This document shows positions 31,907 to 44,767 of a stretch of DNA of 64,000 nt, piece after piece. The position numbers and the translations under genes were made by a program. This DNA is from Congzhengia sp. GTDB lineage: Bacteria > Bacillota > Clostridia > UBA1381 > UBA9506. How positions within the stretch are numbered: the first letter of the stretch is position 1; each line of letters opens with the position of its first letter. The stretch covers positions 6,729 through 70,728 of the forward strand of contig JAZOCK010000066.1 in the NCBI GenBank assembly GCA_045596445.1, in the 5' to 3' direction. The notes beneath the pieces are model-generated. The model was not told the origin of the DNA. It worked only from the letters and a program-made list of their open reading frames with translations, and searched no databases.

Positions 31907-32681
31907 TAAATAGTTTGTATGCGTTTTTCCAATATATTTTTTCGTATTCTTCATCACTTAGTCCAAGTTTTTCTAAACAATTGATTTCAAATTTATGATT
32001 AGATAAAGGATAATCCGTACCAAATAACACTTTATCTGCACCATGAAGTCTTATAATTTCTTTTGCCTCTTCAGGTTCCATAAATCTTGTAGAGCTCGAA
32101 GTATCTAAATATAGGTTTTTACCAATCAAGTATTTCTTCGCTTCGTCCCATTCGCTATATCCTCCTAAATGAGCCCCGATAAACGTGATTTCTGGATACA
32201 TCTCCATAATATTAGCTAAACGTTTTGGCGATGAAGCATCAGTGTTTTTATCTCCCAAATGAATTAAAATCGGGAAATTAGAACCTATTTTTCTAAACAT
32301 TTCTATTGCTTTTTCTTCGTCAATTTTGAAATTTTGAAATACAGGATGAAGCTTTACACCAGACAGTCCTAACGACTTTATACGCTCAATTTCTGCGTCT
32401 ATATCATCAAAATCGGGATGCAACGTACCTAATCCTACAATATTTTCACACAAAAGCTTTGAAACATAGTTGTTTATCATTTGGACCTGTGCTGGTTTAG
32501 TAGCGGTTGCACATAATACAAGTTTATCTATTTTGTTTTCTTTATAGCTCTCTATAAGGTTTTTTAATCGTCCGTCTGCAGCAGGCTTTATCCCATAATA
32601 GTGATGTAAATTTTCGGTTGCCTTTATAGCAATTTTTTCGTCAAACGCATGAGCATGGACATCAACAATTTTTCTTTTCAT
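31896..32681 (-). CDS. Amidohydrolase family (TIM-barrel metal-dependent hydrolase)
   Basis: DVHAH, GVKLHP, AHLGG, LFGTDYP; start moved to ATG 32681. Confidence 0.88.
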   Translation of the reverse strand: MKRKIVDVHAHAFDEKIAIKATENLHHYYGIKPAADGRLKNLIESYKENKIDKLVLCATATKPAQVQMINNYVSKLLCENIVGLGTLHPDFDDIDAEIERIKSLGLSGVKLHPVFQNFKIDEEKAIEMFRKIGSNFPILIHLGDKNTDASSPKRLANIMEMYPEITFIGAHLGGYSEWDEAKKYLIGKNLYLDTSSSTRFMEPEEAKEIIRLHGADKVLFGTDYPLSNHKFEINCLEKLGLSDEEYEKIYWKNAYKLFNLK

Positions 32682-32695
32682 ATAATCACCAAGAA

Positions 32696-32725
32696 ATAAG
32701 GTACCGAAATAATTCGGCACCTTAT
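32696..32725 (-). terminator. Stem-loop after kdgK
   Basis: ATAAGGTGCCGAA-TTAT-TTCGGTACCTTAT on the minus strand (one G-U pair). Confidence 0.65.
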
Positions 32726-32732
32726 ATTTTTA

Positions 32733-33764
32733 TTATCGCTGTACTCTTCCCGAGCCGTCGCCACCAACAAGATTTTCAACATCTTTTCTTGAAACCAGAT
32801 TAAAGTCGCCGGGAATTGTATGCTTTAATGCAGAAGCCGCAACACCAAACTCTAAAGCATCTTTGAAGTTTTTGCCATCTAAGAAGCCACAAATTGTACC
32901 ACCAGCAAAGCTATCTCCTCCGCCTACACGGTCAACTATCGGACAAACTCTGTATTCCTTTGAGTGATAGAACTCTTTTGTATCCCTTGAATAGATACAA
33001 GCGGACCAACCATTATCCGATGCGCTATGGCTTATGCGAAGTGAACTTATTACATATTCAAAATTGAACTTTTCAACCATTTGCTTAAATATGTCTTCAT
33101 ATCCTGCCAATTCCAAGTCGCCGCTTGTAACATCTGTATTACCTGGCTTAAAGCCTAATACTTTTTCAGCGTCCTCTTCATTGCCGATGCACACATCAAC
33201 ATATTGCATCAAATTTGTCATTATTTTTTGTGCTTTTTCACTTGTCCAAAGCTTTTTTCGGAAGTTTAAGTCAACAGAAACCTTAACCCCGTGTTTTTTT
33301 GCTGCCTGTAATGCTTTTTCTGTTAATTCTGCAGCTGCATCGCTAACTGCAGGGGTAATACCTGTAAAATGAAACCAATCTGCATCAGAGAAAATTTCAT
33401 CAAAGTCAAAATCAGAAGCTACCGCTGTAGAAATTGAAGAGTGTGCACGGTCATAAACAACATTTGAAGCACGCATTGCTGCACCAGTTTCTAAAAAGTA
33501 TATACCGAGTCTTTCTCCACCCTTTGCAATGTGCTTTGTGCATACATTATGCTTACGTAAAGCTGCAACAGCACATTCTCCGATTGGATTATCAGGCACC
33601 TTTGTAACAAAAGACGCTTCGTGACCATAGTTTGCTAAAGAAACGGCAACATTAGCCTCTCCACCACCATAGCAAACATCAAATTCATCTGCTTGAATAA
33701 ATTTTTCGTTTCCGGGCGTTGATAATCTTAACATAATTTCGCCCATTGTAACTATTTTTGCCAT
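32733..33764 (-). CDS. kdgK: 2-keto-3-deoxygluconate kinase (PfkB family)
   Basis: GEIMLRLS, GGGEANVA, DLNFRKKLW, DRVGGGDSF, KHTIPGD; adjacent to eda. Confidence 0.9.
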   Translation of the reverse strand: MAKIVTMGEIMLRLSTPGNEKFIQADEFDVCYGGGEANVAVSLANYGHEASFVTKVPDNPIGECAVAALRKHNVCTKHIAKGGERLGIYFLETGAAMRASNVVYDRAHSSISTAVASDFDFDEIFSDADWFHFTGITPAVSDAAAELTEKALQAAKKHGVKVSVDLNFRKKLWTSEKAQKIMTNLMQYVDVCIGNEEDAEKVLGFKPGNTDVTSGDLELAGYEDIFKQMVEKFNFEYVISSLRISHSASDNGWSACIYSRDTKEFYHSKEYRVCPIVDRVGGGDSFAGGTICGFLDGKNFKDALEFGVAASALKHTIPGDFNLVSRKDVENLVGGDGSGRVQR

Positions 33765-33786
33765 ATGTATTTCCTCCAAACTGTTA

Positions 33787-34431
33787 TTATAAGCCTCTTG
33801 CTTCTTTAATTTTAGCTATAAATTCACGACCTGTTTTTGTGATTTGTGCGTAATCTCCTGTCTTCGCACCCGCAGTAAGCGAGCTGCCCGCACCAACTGC
33901 AACCGCTCCTGCTTTAATCCATTCGCCAACATTATTTACATCTACGCCACCCGTAGGCATCATTTTAGCGTGAGGAATAGGTCCTTTAATAGCCTTTATT
34001 ATTTTAGGACCAAAAGCCTCTCCCGGAAATACCTTTACAATATCTGCACCTGCTTCCATTGCCTCAACTACTTCTTTAATTGTCATAGCACCCGGCATAC
34101 AAGGTAGTCTGTATCGATTGCAAAGCTTTACCGTATCCAAGTTAAAATATGGACTTACTATGTACTGTGCTCCCGAAAGAATAGCCATTCTTGCTGTTTC
34201 GGGATCTAATACTGTACCTGCACCCAAAATTATTTCTTCGGGTGTATAGCGTTTTGCAAGTTCCTCTATAACTTTGTGAGCACCAGGAACTGTAAATGTA
34301 AGCTCAATTGCCGCTACTCCGCCTTCAATACAAGCATCTGTAATTTTCATTGCTGTTTCAGCGTTCTCTGCTCTAACAACTGCAACAATACCGGCATCGC
34401 AAATTCGAGTAATTACTTTTTCTTTATCCAT
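33787..34431 (-). CDS. eda: KDPG/KHG aldolase
   Basis: IVAVVRA, GAGTVLD, VKVFPG, PTGGV. Confidence 0.93.
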   Translation of the reverse strand: MDKEKVITRICDAGIVAVVRAENAETAMKITDACIEGGVAAIELTFTVPGAHKVIEELAKRYTPEEIILGAGTVLDPETARMAILSGAQYIVSPYFNLDTVKLCNRYRLPCMPGAMTIKEVVEAMEAGADIVKVFPGEAFGPKIIKAIKGPIPHAKMMPTGGVDVNNVGEWIKAGAVAVGAGSSLTAGAKTGDYAQITKTGREFIAKIKEARGL

Positions 34432-34442
34432 TTTTATCTCCT

Positions 34443-35642
34443 CTATTTATTTTCAACTATTTTCTTTGTATCTCTTGCTATTGTCAATTCTTCGTCTGTA
34501 GGAACAATGAATACACGAACCTTTGAGTCAGCAGTTGAAATTTCTGCCTCATCTCCACGGATTTTATTTTTATCCATATCGATTTTGACTCCCATAAATT
34601 CGTGACCAGCAAGGATTTTTCCTCTAACAGTTGTACTGTTTTCTCCAACACCACCTGCAAATGTAATTACGTCTACACCACCCATAATGGAAGCATATCT
34701 TCCTATATATCCTTTAACACTATGGATAAACATATCAAGTGCAAGCTCTGCTCTATCATTACCCTCAGCTGCAGCAGTTTCTAAATCTCTAAAATCTGAA
34801 GAAACACCGGAAACACCTAAAACGCCTGATTTTTTGTTTAAAATAGAGTCTATTTCAGCTACAGAAAGTCCCTCGTTATTAGCTAAAAAAGGAATAATTG
34901 CAGGGTCAATGGAACCTGAACGTGTGCCCATAACCAAACCATCTAAGGGAGTAAAGCCCATTGATGTGTCAACAACTTTTCCACCATCAACAGCCGCAAT
35001 TGATGAGCCGTTACCTAAGTGGCAAGTAATGATTTTTAAGTCTTCAATAGGCTTGCCTATCATTTCAGCAACTCTGTGTGATACATAGTTGTGTGATGTT
35101 CCGTGAAAACCGTACTTTCTTATTTTATACTTTTCATAATATTCGTAAGGAATACCGTACATATAAGATTTTTTAGGCATTGTCTGATGGAAAGCTGTAT
35201 CAAATACTCCTACATTAGGAATACCCGGCATAGCCTCCTCGCATGCTGCAATACCCGTTAAATTTGCAGGATTATGAAGTGGTGCTAAAGCATTACATTC
35301 TGTAACAACCTTTTTAAGCTCGTCTGTTATTAGAACACTGCCGCTAAAGAATTCTCCGCCGTGTACCACTCTATGACCAACCGCAGAAATTTCGCTCATA
35401 TCAGAAATTACACCATGGTCTTTATCTGTTAAAGCATCTAAAACCAATTTGATAGCAACGCTATGATTTGGCATATCCTTTTCAATTACGACCTTATCAC
35501 TATTTTCGGGTGTATGTGTAAGCTTAGAGCCATCTATACCAATTCTTTCACATAAGCCTTTAGCTAAAACAACCTCTGTATCCATATCAATAAGTTTGTA
35601 TTTTAATGATGAACTGCCTGCATTAATAACTAAAACTTTCAT
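34443..35642 (-). CDS. ackA: Acetate kinase
   Basis: [33 protein letters not shown]. Confidence 0.98.
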   Translation of the reverse strand: MKVLVINAGSSSLKYKLIDMDTEVVLAKGLCERIGIDGSKLTHTPENSDKVVIEKDMPNHSVAIKLVLDALTDKDHGVISDMSEISAVGHRVVHGGEFFSGSVLITDELKKVVTECNALAPLHNPANLTGIAACEEAMPGIPNVGVFDTAFHQTMPKKSYMYGIPYEYYEKYKIRKYGFHGTSHNYVSHRVAEMIGKPIEDLKIITCHLGNGSSIAAVDGGKVVDTSMGFTPLDGLVMGTRSGSIDPAIIPFLANNEGLSVAEIDSILNKKSGVLGVSGVSSDFRDLETAAAEGNDRAELALDMFIHSVKGYIGRYASIMGGVDVITFAGGVGENSTTVRGKILAGHEFMGVKIDMDKNKIRGDEAEISTADSKVRVFIVPTDEELTIARDTKKIVENK

Positions 35643-35659
35643 TATGTATAACCTCTTTC

Positions 35660-36688
<1,029 letters not shown>

Positions 36689-36701
36689 TTAAAATTTTTA
36701 A

Positions 36702-38621
36702 TTAACCAATAACAGTTCCGTCTGCGATTTCTTTATCGAGTGTTAAAAGAGAAAGTATTTTCTTATCACTAGCTGCTAAAATCATTCCCTCGGATAACAC
36801 GCCACGTAATTTAACAGGCTTCAAGTTTGTAACTACCGCAACACTCTTGCCTACAAATTCTTCAGGCGGATAAAATTTGGCAATACCTGAAACTATTTGC
36901 TTTATTTCATTGCCGACTTTAATTTTTGATACTAAAAGTTTGTCTGCTCCCTCAACATACGCCGATTCTAAAACCTTACCAACTTTAATTTCAACCTTCG
37001 CAAAATCCTCTATTGAAATTAAGTTTTCAGGCTCTTTCTCAGGTTCTTCAGGTTTTTCTAAACTCTTTTCGATTTCTTCCATTTTTTTGTTTTCATCAAG
37101 TCTTACAAATAAAGGTGTGGCTGTACCAACCTTATTTCCTGACTTTGTTTTTCCAAAAACTTCAAGTGAGTCCCAAGATGTATCTGTTGAGTTCAACTGG
37201 GCAAAAATATTATTTGCAGTTTCAGGCATAAACGGTTGTAGTAAAACAGCTATAAATCGTATAGATTCTAAAAGATTGTATAACACACCGCCGAGTCTTG
37301 CTTTTTTACTTTCGTCTTTAGCTAATGCCCAAGGCATTGTTTCGTCAATGTATTTATTCGAGCGACGGGCAAGATTCATTATTTCTTCTAATGCGTCTGA
37401 CGTTTTAAATTCGTTCATTTTCTCTGTAACTGTCTTGTATGAAGCTGTAGCAGTTGCAATTAATTCATCGTCAAATTCACCCGAACATACAGGCTGAATA
37501 ACACCGTCAAAGTACTTGTTCATCATAGAAATGGTACGATTTACCAAATTACCCAAAGTGTTTGCAAGGTCTGTATTATATCTTGATATAATATTTTCGT
37601 AAGTAATTGTTCCGTCCTGAGCATACGGCATTTCTTTTAACAAATAGTATCTTATCGCATCCACACCAAAAAGTTTTGATAAGTCATCAGCATACATTAC
37701 ATTTCCTTTTGACTTACTCATTTTATCGTTGCCTGATAATAGCCACGGATGGCCAAATATCTGCTTAGGCAAAGGTAAATCCAATGCCATTAAGAATATA
37801 GGCCAATAAATTGTATGGAAACGTAAAATGTCCTTACCGATAATATGAACATCGGCAGGCCAATATTTTTTCATCAGTTCTGAGGGTTCTTTTTGGGGGT
37901 CATAGCCTAGTGCGTTAATATAGTTAGATAACGCATCAACCCAAACATAAATTACGTGTCCGGGGTCAAATTCAACAGGCACACCCCAGGTAAATGATGT
38001 TCTTGACACGCAAAGGTCCTGAAGACCGGGCTTTAAGAAATTATTTATCATCTCTTTTTTACGGCTTTCGGGCTGTATAAAGTCAGGATTTTCTTCGATA
38101 TGCTTCATTAAAGCTTCCTGATATTTACTCATTTTAAAGAAATATGCTTCTTCTTTTGTTTTCTTAACAGGTCTGCCACAGTCAGGACAGCATCCATCAA
38201 CCAACTGTGTTTCTGTGAAGAAGGATTCACAAGGCACACAATACCAACCCTCATATTCGCTCTTGTAGATATCCCCCTGGTCATAGAGCTTTTTAAAAAT
38301 ATGTTGAACACTCTTTTCGTGATAATCATCAGTTGTTCTTATGAATTTATCATAGTCAGCATTCATTAAGTCCCAGATTTTCTTAATTTCTCCAGCTACG
38401 TTATCAACATATTGTTTGGGTGTAATCCCAGCCTTCTCTGCTTCCTCCTGGATTTTTTGACCGTGTTCATCCGTTCCGGTTAAGAAAAACACATCGTATC
38501 CCATCTGCTTTTTAAATCGTGCAATTGCATCGGTGAATACAACCTCAAAAGTATTGCCTATGTGAGGTTTTCTTGATGTATAAGCTATAGCAGTGGTTAT
38601 ATAAAATTTTTCTTTACCCAT
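36702..38621 (-). CDS. metG: Methionine--tRNA ligase with C-terminal tRNA-binding domain
   Basis: HIGN, GTDEHGQK, KMSKS, C-terminal NLKPVKLRGVLSEGMIL. Confidence 0.97.
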   Translation of the reverse strand: MGKEKFYITTAIAYTSRKPHIGNTFEVVFTDAIARFKKQMGYDVFFLTGTDEHGQKIQEEAEKAGITPKQYVDNVAGEIKKIWDLMNADYDKFIRTTDDYHEKSVQHIFKKLYDQGDIYKSEYEGWYCVPCESFFTETQLVDGCCPDCGRPVKKTKEEAYFFKMSKYQEALMKHIEENPDFIQPESRKKEMINNFLKPGLQDLCVSRTSFTWGVPVEFDPGHVIYVWVDALSNYINALGYDPQKEPSELMKKYWPADVHIIGKDILRFHTIYWPIFLMALDLPLPKQIFGHPWLLSGNDKMSKSKGNVMYADDLSKLFGVDAIRYYLLKEMPYAQDGTITYENIISRYNTDLANTLGNLVNRTISMMNKYFDGVIQPVCSGEFDDELIATATASYKTVTEKMNEFKTSDALEEIMNLARRSNKYIDETMPWALAKDESKKARLGGVLYNLLESIRFIAVLLQPFMPETANNIFAQLNSTDTSWDSLEVFGKTKSGNKVGTATPLFVRLDENKKMEEIEKSLEKPEEPEKEPENLISIEDFAKVEIKVGKVLESAYVEGADKLLVSKIKVGNEIKQIVSGIAKFYPPEEFVGKSVAVVTNLKPVKLRGVLSEGMILAASDKKILSLLTLDKEIADGTVIG

Positions 38622-38723
38622 TAATTCTCCTCCGTTGCATAATAATATACATTATATAATATCACTTTTTTTTAAGTTTTTAAAGAGTTTTTTGGAAAAT
38701 TTTTAAGTTTTTTTCAATAAAAC

Positions 38724-38754
38724 ACATAATATATGGTTTTTTAAGGCAAAATAT
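38724..38754 (+). promoter_or_regulatory. SigF/SigG-type promoter candidate of gpr
   Basis: ACATA-16 nt-GGCAAAATA resembles the SigF consensus; gpr is a known forespore gene in Bacillus and Clostridium. Confidence 0.45.
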
Positions 38755-38783
38755 AAGAAAATTTTGAAAAAGGAGCGTATAAA

Positions 38784-39692
38784 ATGCAAAATATAAGAAC
38801 GGATTTGGCATTAGAAAACCACGAGTATTTTACAGAAACAGCAGAAAAACTCCCCGGTGTTTCTGTATACAATAAATCTATGAAGGATATTAAGGTCACG
38901 CAGATAGAAATAGAAACCGAAGAAGCCGCAAAAGAGATGGGAAAGCCGATAGGCACATACATTACTTTAGAATTCAGCGATTTAAGATATATAGACAAAA
39001 AGGTTTATGAAAGGCTAATCAAGCAAATATCTTTAGAAATAAATCAATTGTTATATGATGATATTGATAAACCGATTTTAGTAATTGGCTTAGGAAATCG
39101 TGCTATTACTTCAGATTCTTTAGGGCCTGATGTAATTGATAAGCTTATTGTAACCAGGCATATGTTCACACACGCACCTGAAGTTTTATCTGACAATTTT
39201 GCCTCGGTATGTGCTATGGCACCTGGTGTTTTAGGAATTACCGGAATTGAAACAGAAGAAATAGTAACCTCTATATGTGATAAAGTAAAACCCTCTGCAG
39301 TAATAGTTGTTGACGCATTAGCAGCACGAAGTATAAAAAGAATTACAAAGACAGTTCAGATTTGCAACACAGGAATTAATCCCGGTTCGGGAATTGGTAA
39401 CAACAGGCGTGAAATTTCCGAAAAAACATTAGGTATACCTGTAATTGCCATTGGCGTGCCGACAGTAGTAGATGCGTTAACGATTACAGGAGATACATTA
39501 GAAATGATGTCTTATAACAGAGAGGATATCTTTAAAATTACTAAAATACCGGAAGAAATTTCAAATTTTACAACTACCCCGAAGGAAATTGATATTTTAG
39601 TTAAAAAATGTGCGGACATTGTAGCAAACGGTATTAACTTTGCACTGCACGATAACATTACATTTGAAGATATAGATTTACTGATAAATTAA
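38784..39692 (+). CDS. gpr: Germination protease GPR (A25 family)
   Basis: IRTDLALE, GLGN..IT.DSLGP, PGVLGITGIET, VDALAAR, IAIGVPTVV, TPKEID. Confidence 0.94.
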   Translation: MQNIRTDLALENHEYFTETAEKLPGVSVYNKSMKDIKVTQIEIETEEAAKEMGKPIGTYITLEFSDLRYIDKKVYERLIKQISLEINQLLYDDIDKPILVIGLGNRAITSDSLGPDVIDKLIVTRHMFTHAPEVLSDNFASVCAMAPGVLGITGIETEEIVTSICDKVKPSAVIVVDALAARSIKRITKTVQICNTGINPGSGIGNNRREISEKTLGIPVIAIGVPTVVDALTITGDTLEMMSYNREDIFKITKIPEEISNFTTTPKEIDILVKKCADIVANGINFALHDNITFEDIDLLIN

Positions 39693-39720
39693 AGAGTGTG
39701 CATAGCACACTCTTTAATTT
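39686..39720. terminator. Hairpin between convergent gpr and pcrA
   Basis: AAATTAAAGAGTGTGC-ATA-GCACACTCTTTAATTT, 16-bp perfect stem covering both stop codons. Confidence 0.8.
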
Positions 39721-41915
39721 GCTTTTTTTAATTTTGCAAACGAACCCATAAGTGACTTTGTTCCTACATCGTCAAACACTATCTCTAGCTTAACGTCGTT
39801 ACCTGCAGGTGTTACAGACAAAATCATACCCTTTCCAAATTTACGGTGCATAACCATATCACCCGATTTAAATTCAAATGATATTGCTGGAGTTTCTACA
39901 GTTGGTGCAGATGCTCTTTTGCGTTCAAAAATCTTATCAAACATTTCACTTTGCGATGTTGTTGTTCCGTGTGCAATCCTTGTTGCCTTAGGCTGCTCAA
40001 TAATATTTATGTATTGTTTCGGGATTTCATCTAAGAATCTTGATGCTTTACTATACGTAGAGCCACCATACATAGACCTGCGTTCTGCATATGTAAGGTA
40101 AAGCTCTTTTTTTGCTCTTGTTATACCAACATAGCAAAGCCGCCTTTCCTCTTCAATTTCTTCCTCAGAATACATAGAGCGTTGACTTGGAAAAAGTCCA
40201 TCCTCCATACCGCACATATACACCACAGGAAATTCAAGACCTTTTGCAGAGTGCAGAGTCATTAAAACGACACTCTCCTGTTCCTCGTCGTAGTTATCTA
40301 TGTCTGCAACCAATGCTGTACTCTCTAAAAATTCGAAAAGCGAGGGTTCTTCTGCTGCTTTTTCGTATTCACGAGCAGACACAATAAATTCGTGGATATT
40401 TTCTATTCTTGTTTGATTTTCAATTGTGTTTTCTGCCATTAACATCAATTCATAACCACTACGCAAATAGAGTGTTTCCAGAATTTTTGACGGACTTGAC
40501 ATATCCGAATTTTTGCGAATATCTTCAATTAAGTTTGTGAATTCTTTTAATTTTACAGCAACCTTCGAAAGTTCTGCAAAATTATCAGCATTTTTCATAA
40601 CCTCAAACATACTGACACTATTCTCTGCCGCTACTGCTGCTACCTTTTCAACTGACGCAACACCTATTTTTCTCGACGGTTCATTTACAATTCTTATTAA
40701 TGAAATATTGTCATTAGGGTTAAAAACAAGTCTTAAGTATGCAAGCATATCTTTGATTTCTTTACGGTCATAGAATCTCAATCCCGCCAAAACGCGATAC
40801 GGGATACCAAAGCCCGATAGTGTTGTTTCAAGCACACGGGATTGGGCGTTTGTTCTGTAAAGAATTGCAATCTCTGAATATTTTTTATCACCATATTTTA
40901 CAGATTTTTCAATTGTTTTGCCTATAAAATCTGCTTCTTCGTATTCGTTATTCGCCTCAAAAAGCGTAATTTTATCTCCATCTCCGTTGCTCGTCCAAAG
41001 CTCCTTGCCTTTGCGTGTAATATTGTTTGATATTACGCTGTTGGCAACACTTAAAATGTTTTGTGTTGAACGATAATTTTGTTCGAGCTTAATAACAGCA
41101 GCATTTTCGTAGTCAGTTTCAAAATCTAAAATATTGTTAATATTTGCACCGCGAAACTTATAGATACTTTGGTCATCATCACCAACCACACAAATGTTTT
41201 TATACTTACCTGCCAACATACTTGTGAGTATGTACTGAGCATTATTCGTATCCTGATACTCATCAACAAATACATATTTAAACTTTTCCTGATAATATTC
41301 TAACGTCTCATTGTCGCAAGAAAAAAGCTTGACTGTTAAGGCTATAATATCATCAAAATCTAAAGCGTTTGCTTCAAAAAGTCTTTGCTGATAGATTTTA
41401 TAACATTCGCCTATTTGTGTTTTTCTAAAATCTCCCTGATGTGCCGACAAATATACATCAGGCTCCATAAGGTTGTCTTTTGCTTGAGAAATTTCTGATA
41501 AAACATTCTTGGGCGGAAAAGCCTTTTCATCCATTTTAAGCTCTTTTAAGCATCTTTTAATCAGAGTCTTTTGGTCAGCTGAATCATAAATTAAAAAATC
41601 CTGCTGATACCCTAACCTCACAATATTTCTTCGTAAAATTTTCATACAGATTGAGTGAAATGTTCCAATCCATATTCCATCACTATTTTCTCCTAAAATC
41701 GCATCCACGCGAGTTTTTAACTCCTGAGCCGCCTTGTTAGTAAAAGTAATTGCAAGTATTCTATACGGAGCACACAGATTCTGTTCCAATATGTAAGCAA
41801 TTTTGTTTACTACTACCGTAGTTTTTCCTGAGCCTGCACCGGCTAGAATAAGCAACGGCCCATCGGTTTTTAAAATTGCTTCCTTTTGCTTATCATTAAA
41901 TTTGTCTAAAATCAT
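39714..41915 (-). CDS. pcrA: ATP-dependent DNA helicase PcrA/UvrD
   Basis: [46 protein letters not shown]. Confidence 0.97.
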   Translation of the reverse strand: MILDKFNDKQKEAILKTDGPLLILAGAGSGKTTVVVNKIAYILEQNLCAPYRILAITFTNKAAQELKTRVDAILGENSDGIWIGTFHSICMKILRRNIVRLGYQQDFLIYDSADQKTLIKRCLKELKMDEKAFPPKNVLSEISQAKDNLMEPDVYLSAHQGDFRKTQIGECYKIYQQRLFEANALDFDDIIALTVKLFSCDNETLEYYQEKFKYVFVDEYQDTNNAQYILTSMLAGKYKNICVVGDDDQSIYKFRGANINNILDFETDYENAAVIKLEQNYRSTQNILSVANSVISNNITRKGKELWTSNGDGDKITLFEANNEYEEADFIGKTIEKSVKYGDKKYSEIAILYRTNAQSRVLETTLSGFGIPYRVLAGLRFYDRKEIKDMLAYLRLVFNPNDNISLIRIVNEPSRKIGVASVEKVAAVAAENSVSMFEVMKNADNFAELSKVAVKLKEFTNLIEDIRKNSDMSSPSKILETLYLRSGYELMLMAENTIENQTRIENIHEFIVSAREYEKAAEEPSLFEFLESTALVADIDNYDEEQESVVLMTLHSAKGLEFPVVYMCGMEDGLFPSQRSMYSEEEIEEERRLCYVGITRAKKELYLTYAERRSMYGGSTYSKASRFLDEIPKQYINIIEQPKATRIAHGTTTSQSEMFDKIFERKRASAPTVETPAISFEFKSGDMVMHRKFGKGMILSVTPAGNDVKLEIVFDDVGTKSLMGSFAKLKKAN

Positions 41916-43216
41916 AACTTTTCCTCAATAAGTTCTTTCATTACATCAATTGCACGTTCAGAAATTTTTGTATATCTTTCACGCTTATTTTTAATTCTTT
42001 CAGGATAACTCTCTATTATTCCAAAATTTATATTCATAGGTTGAAAATCAGAACCGTTAAATTCTGAAATATAATGTGCTAACGCTCCTGTTGCAGTAGT
42101 TTTTGGAAAATCAACACTTTCCTTTCCTAACAACTTACGTGATGCTGCAATTCCTGCTACAATACCTGACGATGCAGATTCTACATACCCCTCTACTCCT
42201 GTCATCTGTCCTGCAAAGTAAAGCCCGGGGCATTTTATCGATTCATAATTTGATGTGAGCACTCCCGGAGAATGTATATATGTATTTCTGTGCATTACAC
42301 CAAAACGCACAAATTCAGCATTTTCAAGTCCGGGTATCATTGAAAATACACGTTTTTGCTCCGGAAATTTAAGGTGCGTTTGAAAGCCAACGATATTATA
42401 CAGTGTTCCTTCCTTGTTATCTTGCCTTAACTGAACAACTGCATAATAGCTTTCGTCTGTTTCGGGATGGTTTAGGCCTACCGGCTTTAGAGGTCCAAAT
42501 GTAAGTGTATCCTCTCCTCTTTTCGCCATAACTTCAACAGGCATACAACCCTCAAAAACTTTATTGTTTTCAAATTCCTTAAGCTCTGCTGTTTCAGCAT
42601 TTATTAAGGCGTCATAAAAAGCCATATACTCTTCTTTATTCATAGGGCAATTTATATAGTCTGCCGTACCTTTGTTGTAACGTGCTTTTTTATATGCTTT
42701 TGACATATCAATAGAATCATAGGTAACAATAGGTGCCGCAGCATCATAAAAATACATATAATTATTTCCTAAAAATTTACCTATATTTTCGGATAATGTA
42801 TCAGTTGTGAGAGGCCCTGTTGCAATTATTACAATTTCATCTTCAGGAATCTCAGTAATTTCCTCATTTACAACTGTTATATATGGATTTTCTTTAATTT
42901 TATTTGTCATCATCTGTGCAAATCCAACCCTGTCGACTGCTAACGCACCGCCTGCAGGGACTTTTGTTTTATCTGCACATTCAGTAACCAAAGAACCCAA
43001 AAGACGCATTTCTGCCTTTAGTAGCCCCGCACCGTTTTCGAGTGTATCTGCTCTTAAAGAATTTGAACAAACAAGTTCTCCCAAAAAATCCATATGGTGT
43101 GCAGGAGTTTTTTTATTCGGTTTCATTTCGTAAAGTGTAACATTTATTCTATTCTTAGCTAATTGCCAGGCTGCCTCACAACCTGCAAGACCGCCCCCTA
43201 TTACCGTTGCTTTCAT
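41912..43216 (-). CDS. trmFO: Folate/FAD-dependent tRNA (uracil-5)-methyltransferase
   Basis: [42 protein letters not shown]. Confidence 0.96.
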   Translation of the reverse strand: MKATVIGGGLAGCEAAWQLAKNRINVTLYEMKPNKKTPAHHMDFLGELVCSNSLRADTLENGAGLLKAEMRLLGSLVTECADKTKVPAGGALAVDRVGFAQMMTNKIKENPYITVVNEEITEIPEDEIVIIATGPLTTDTLSENIGKFLGNNYMYFYDAAAPIVTYDSIDMSKAYKKARYNKGTADYINCPMNKEEYMAFYDALINAETAELKEFENNKVFEGCMPVEVMAKRGEDTLTFGPLKPVGLNHPETDESYYAVVQLRQDNKEGTLYNIVGFQTHLKFPEQKRVFSMIPGLENAEFVRFGVMHRNTYIHSPGVLTSNYESIKCPGLYFAGQMTGVEGYVESASSGIVAGIAASRKLLGKESVDFPKTTATGALAHYISEFNGSDFQPMNINFGIIESYPERIKNKRERYTKISERAIDVMKELIEEKL

Positions 43217-44094
43217 ATTTGTTTTCCTTTATAAATTGTTTTGTATTTTTCAACCATTTTAACAGGGTTATAGGCACGCTTTGCATATCGCATACCCGAA
43301 ACACCCATATCTTCTTCACGATTTATATATTTATAGTTTTTCCACTCGTTAGCACAAAAATCGCGATTTATAACGTTAAATGCTCCCCGATAATCCATAT
43401 CTGCAAACTCCATAGGAACATGTGCCATTTCGTCTGTTATGGCTTCTCCTGCCGAAAACGCAACAAGCCTTCCGTCTACTCTGATACCGCCTGCTATAAC
43501 TCCAAGCTTGTCCATATTGTCTAAAAATCTCATTGTAGCCTTATATGAATCGCCTAAATCGTGATTGGTTTGTCCGCCATGCCACCTGGCGAAAAGCTCT
43601 TTGATTTCATCGGTATCATCAACTGTCAAACGCTCATATTCGTACTTATAGTTTTTTAAAAATGCGTTTAGATGGTTTCTTTTTTGTTGATATTTTTTTC
43701 CTTTAAGGTTTATTAAATCTTCTGTTAAATAAACATAGTCCGCATTATTTTCATCCGCAACAAATTCAAATTCATCAGGAAATAATTCATTTATTATCCT
43801 TGATTGCTCTTCTGTCATCAAGGCGAAGACAGGTGGTTTTGTAGCTTTCATATAGTCATAGGTTTTTGTCAGGGCCGATATTTTATCGCCATTTCCGTAC
43901 GGAAACGTACATAGACAATTATTTTTACCGCAAAAAAACAAAACCATACAATCATCAATTATATCATATTTAATACGACCATCAAAAGACCAAGTGAAAA
44001 GCGTAGTAAAGCTCAAGGTTGAATTTTCACTTTTTCCAATGTAATTTAAAAAAAGCTTTTTGTCATCTATTTTTATTTCCTTTGGATTCAACAT
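43213..44094 (-). CDS. DUF2156-family protein (MprF/LPG-synthase C-terminal-like GNAT fold, soluble)
   Basis: [25 protein letters not shown] and [15 protein letters not shown] motifs. Confidence 0.82.
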   Translation of the reverse strand: MLNPKEIKIDDKKLFLNYIGKSENSTLSFTTLFTWSFDGRIKYDIIDDCMVLFFCGKNNCLCTFPYGNGDKISALTKTYDYMKATKPPVFALMTEEQSRIINELFPDEFEFVADENNADYVYLTEDLINLKGKKYQQKRNHLNAFLKNYKYEYERLTVDDTDEIKELFARWHGGQTNHDLGDSYKATMRFLDNMDKLGVIAGGIRVDGRLVAFSAGEAITDEMAHVPMEFADMDYRGAFNVINRDFCANEWKNYKYINREEDMGVSGMRYAKRAYNPVKMVEKYKTIYKGKQI

Positions 44095-44141
44095 ATTTTC
44101 ACCTTATATTTTAAATTCTTTTAAAAGTTCTGCCAGTTCCA

Positions 44142-44732
44142 TTATTTTACAGGCATTATAAAGCTGATTAGCTTACCTACAAAAAATACAATATCGTTAG
44201 ACTTTTCAATAGCTACTCTTTTTCCCGCTGCTTTTCCGCCGATTGTTAGAGCTGCAACAATCGCTGTCATAACAGTTGTCAGCACAAAATTGCTGATATT
44301 TATACCAAAATAAACAATCATTGTCACAATAACAGTTGTAGCACTACCTGAAATAATGCCGACGATATCTCCAATAACATCATTACAGAACGAGCCTACC
44401 CTGTCTGCCGCTCTGATAAGTCGTACTGATTCTTTTGCACCTCTTATTTTTTGTGAGGAAAGAGAATGAAATGGTATTTCACTTGCAGAAGTTACAGCCA
44501 CACCGACAATATCAAACACTATACCTATTAAGATAAACACTATTAAAATAACAAAAGCCATGGCAAGATTAACCTTACTCATTAACCCCGCTTGAATCAT
44601 CTGCATCAACGAAGAGATAATAAAGCTCATGAGAATAACGGTAATAACCCACCTACGGCCCTTTTTTTCTTTTTCTTTTTTTTTGCTCAAATTTCGTTTG
44701 TCCCTACTATCGTCAGACAATTTTTGCACCAA
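44142..44732 (-). CDS. oapA: OLE-associated membrane protein A
   Basis: 196 aa, four hydrophobic segments, FDIVGVAVT, PFHS, FCNDVIGDIVGIISG, ALTIGGKAAGK; immediately downstream of the OLE-like RNA. Confidence 0.88.
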   Translation of the reverse strand: MVQKLSDDSRDKRNLSKKKEKEKKGRRWVITVILMSFIISSLMQMIQAGLMSKVNLAMAFVILIVFILIGIVFDIVGVAVTSASEIPFHSLSSQKIRGAKESVRLIRAADRVGSFCNDVIGDIVGIISGSATTVIVTMIVYFGINISNFVLTTVMTAIVAALTIGGKAAGKRVAIEKSNDIVFFVGKLISFIMPVK

Positions 44733-44767
44733 CCTTTTATAATTAATTGTAAAATGTAAATAAAAAC

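Noticed and set aside
38622-38783. T-box or S-box leader for metG
   Set aside because: The spacer is short and very AT-rich, with no T-box motif or structured leader.
44118-44136. Sigma54-like TGGCAG site after oapA
   Set aside because: The -12 TTGC element is missing (TTAA).
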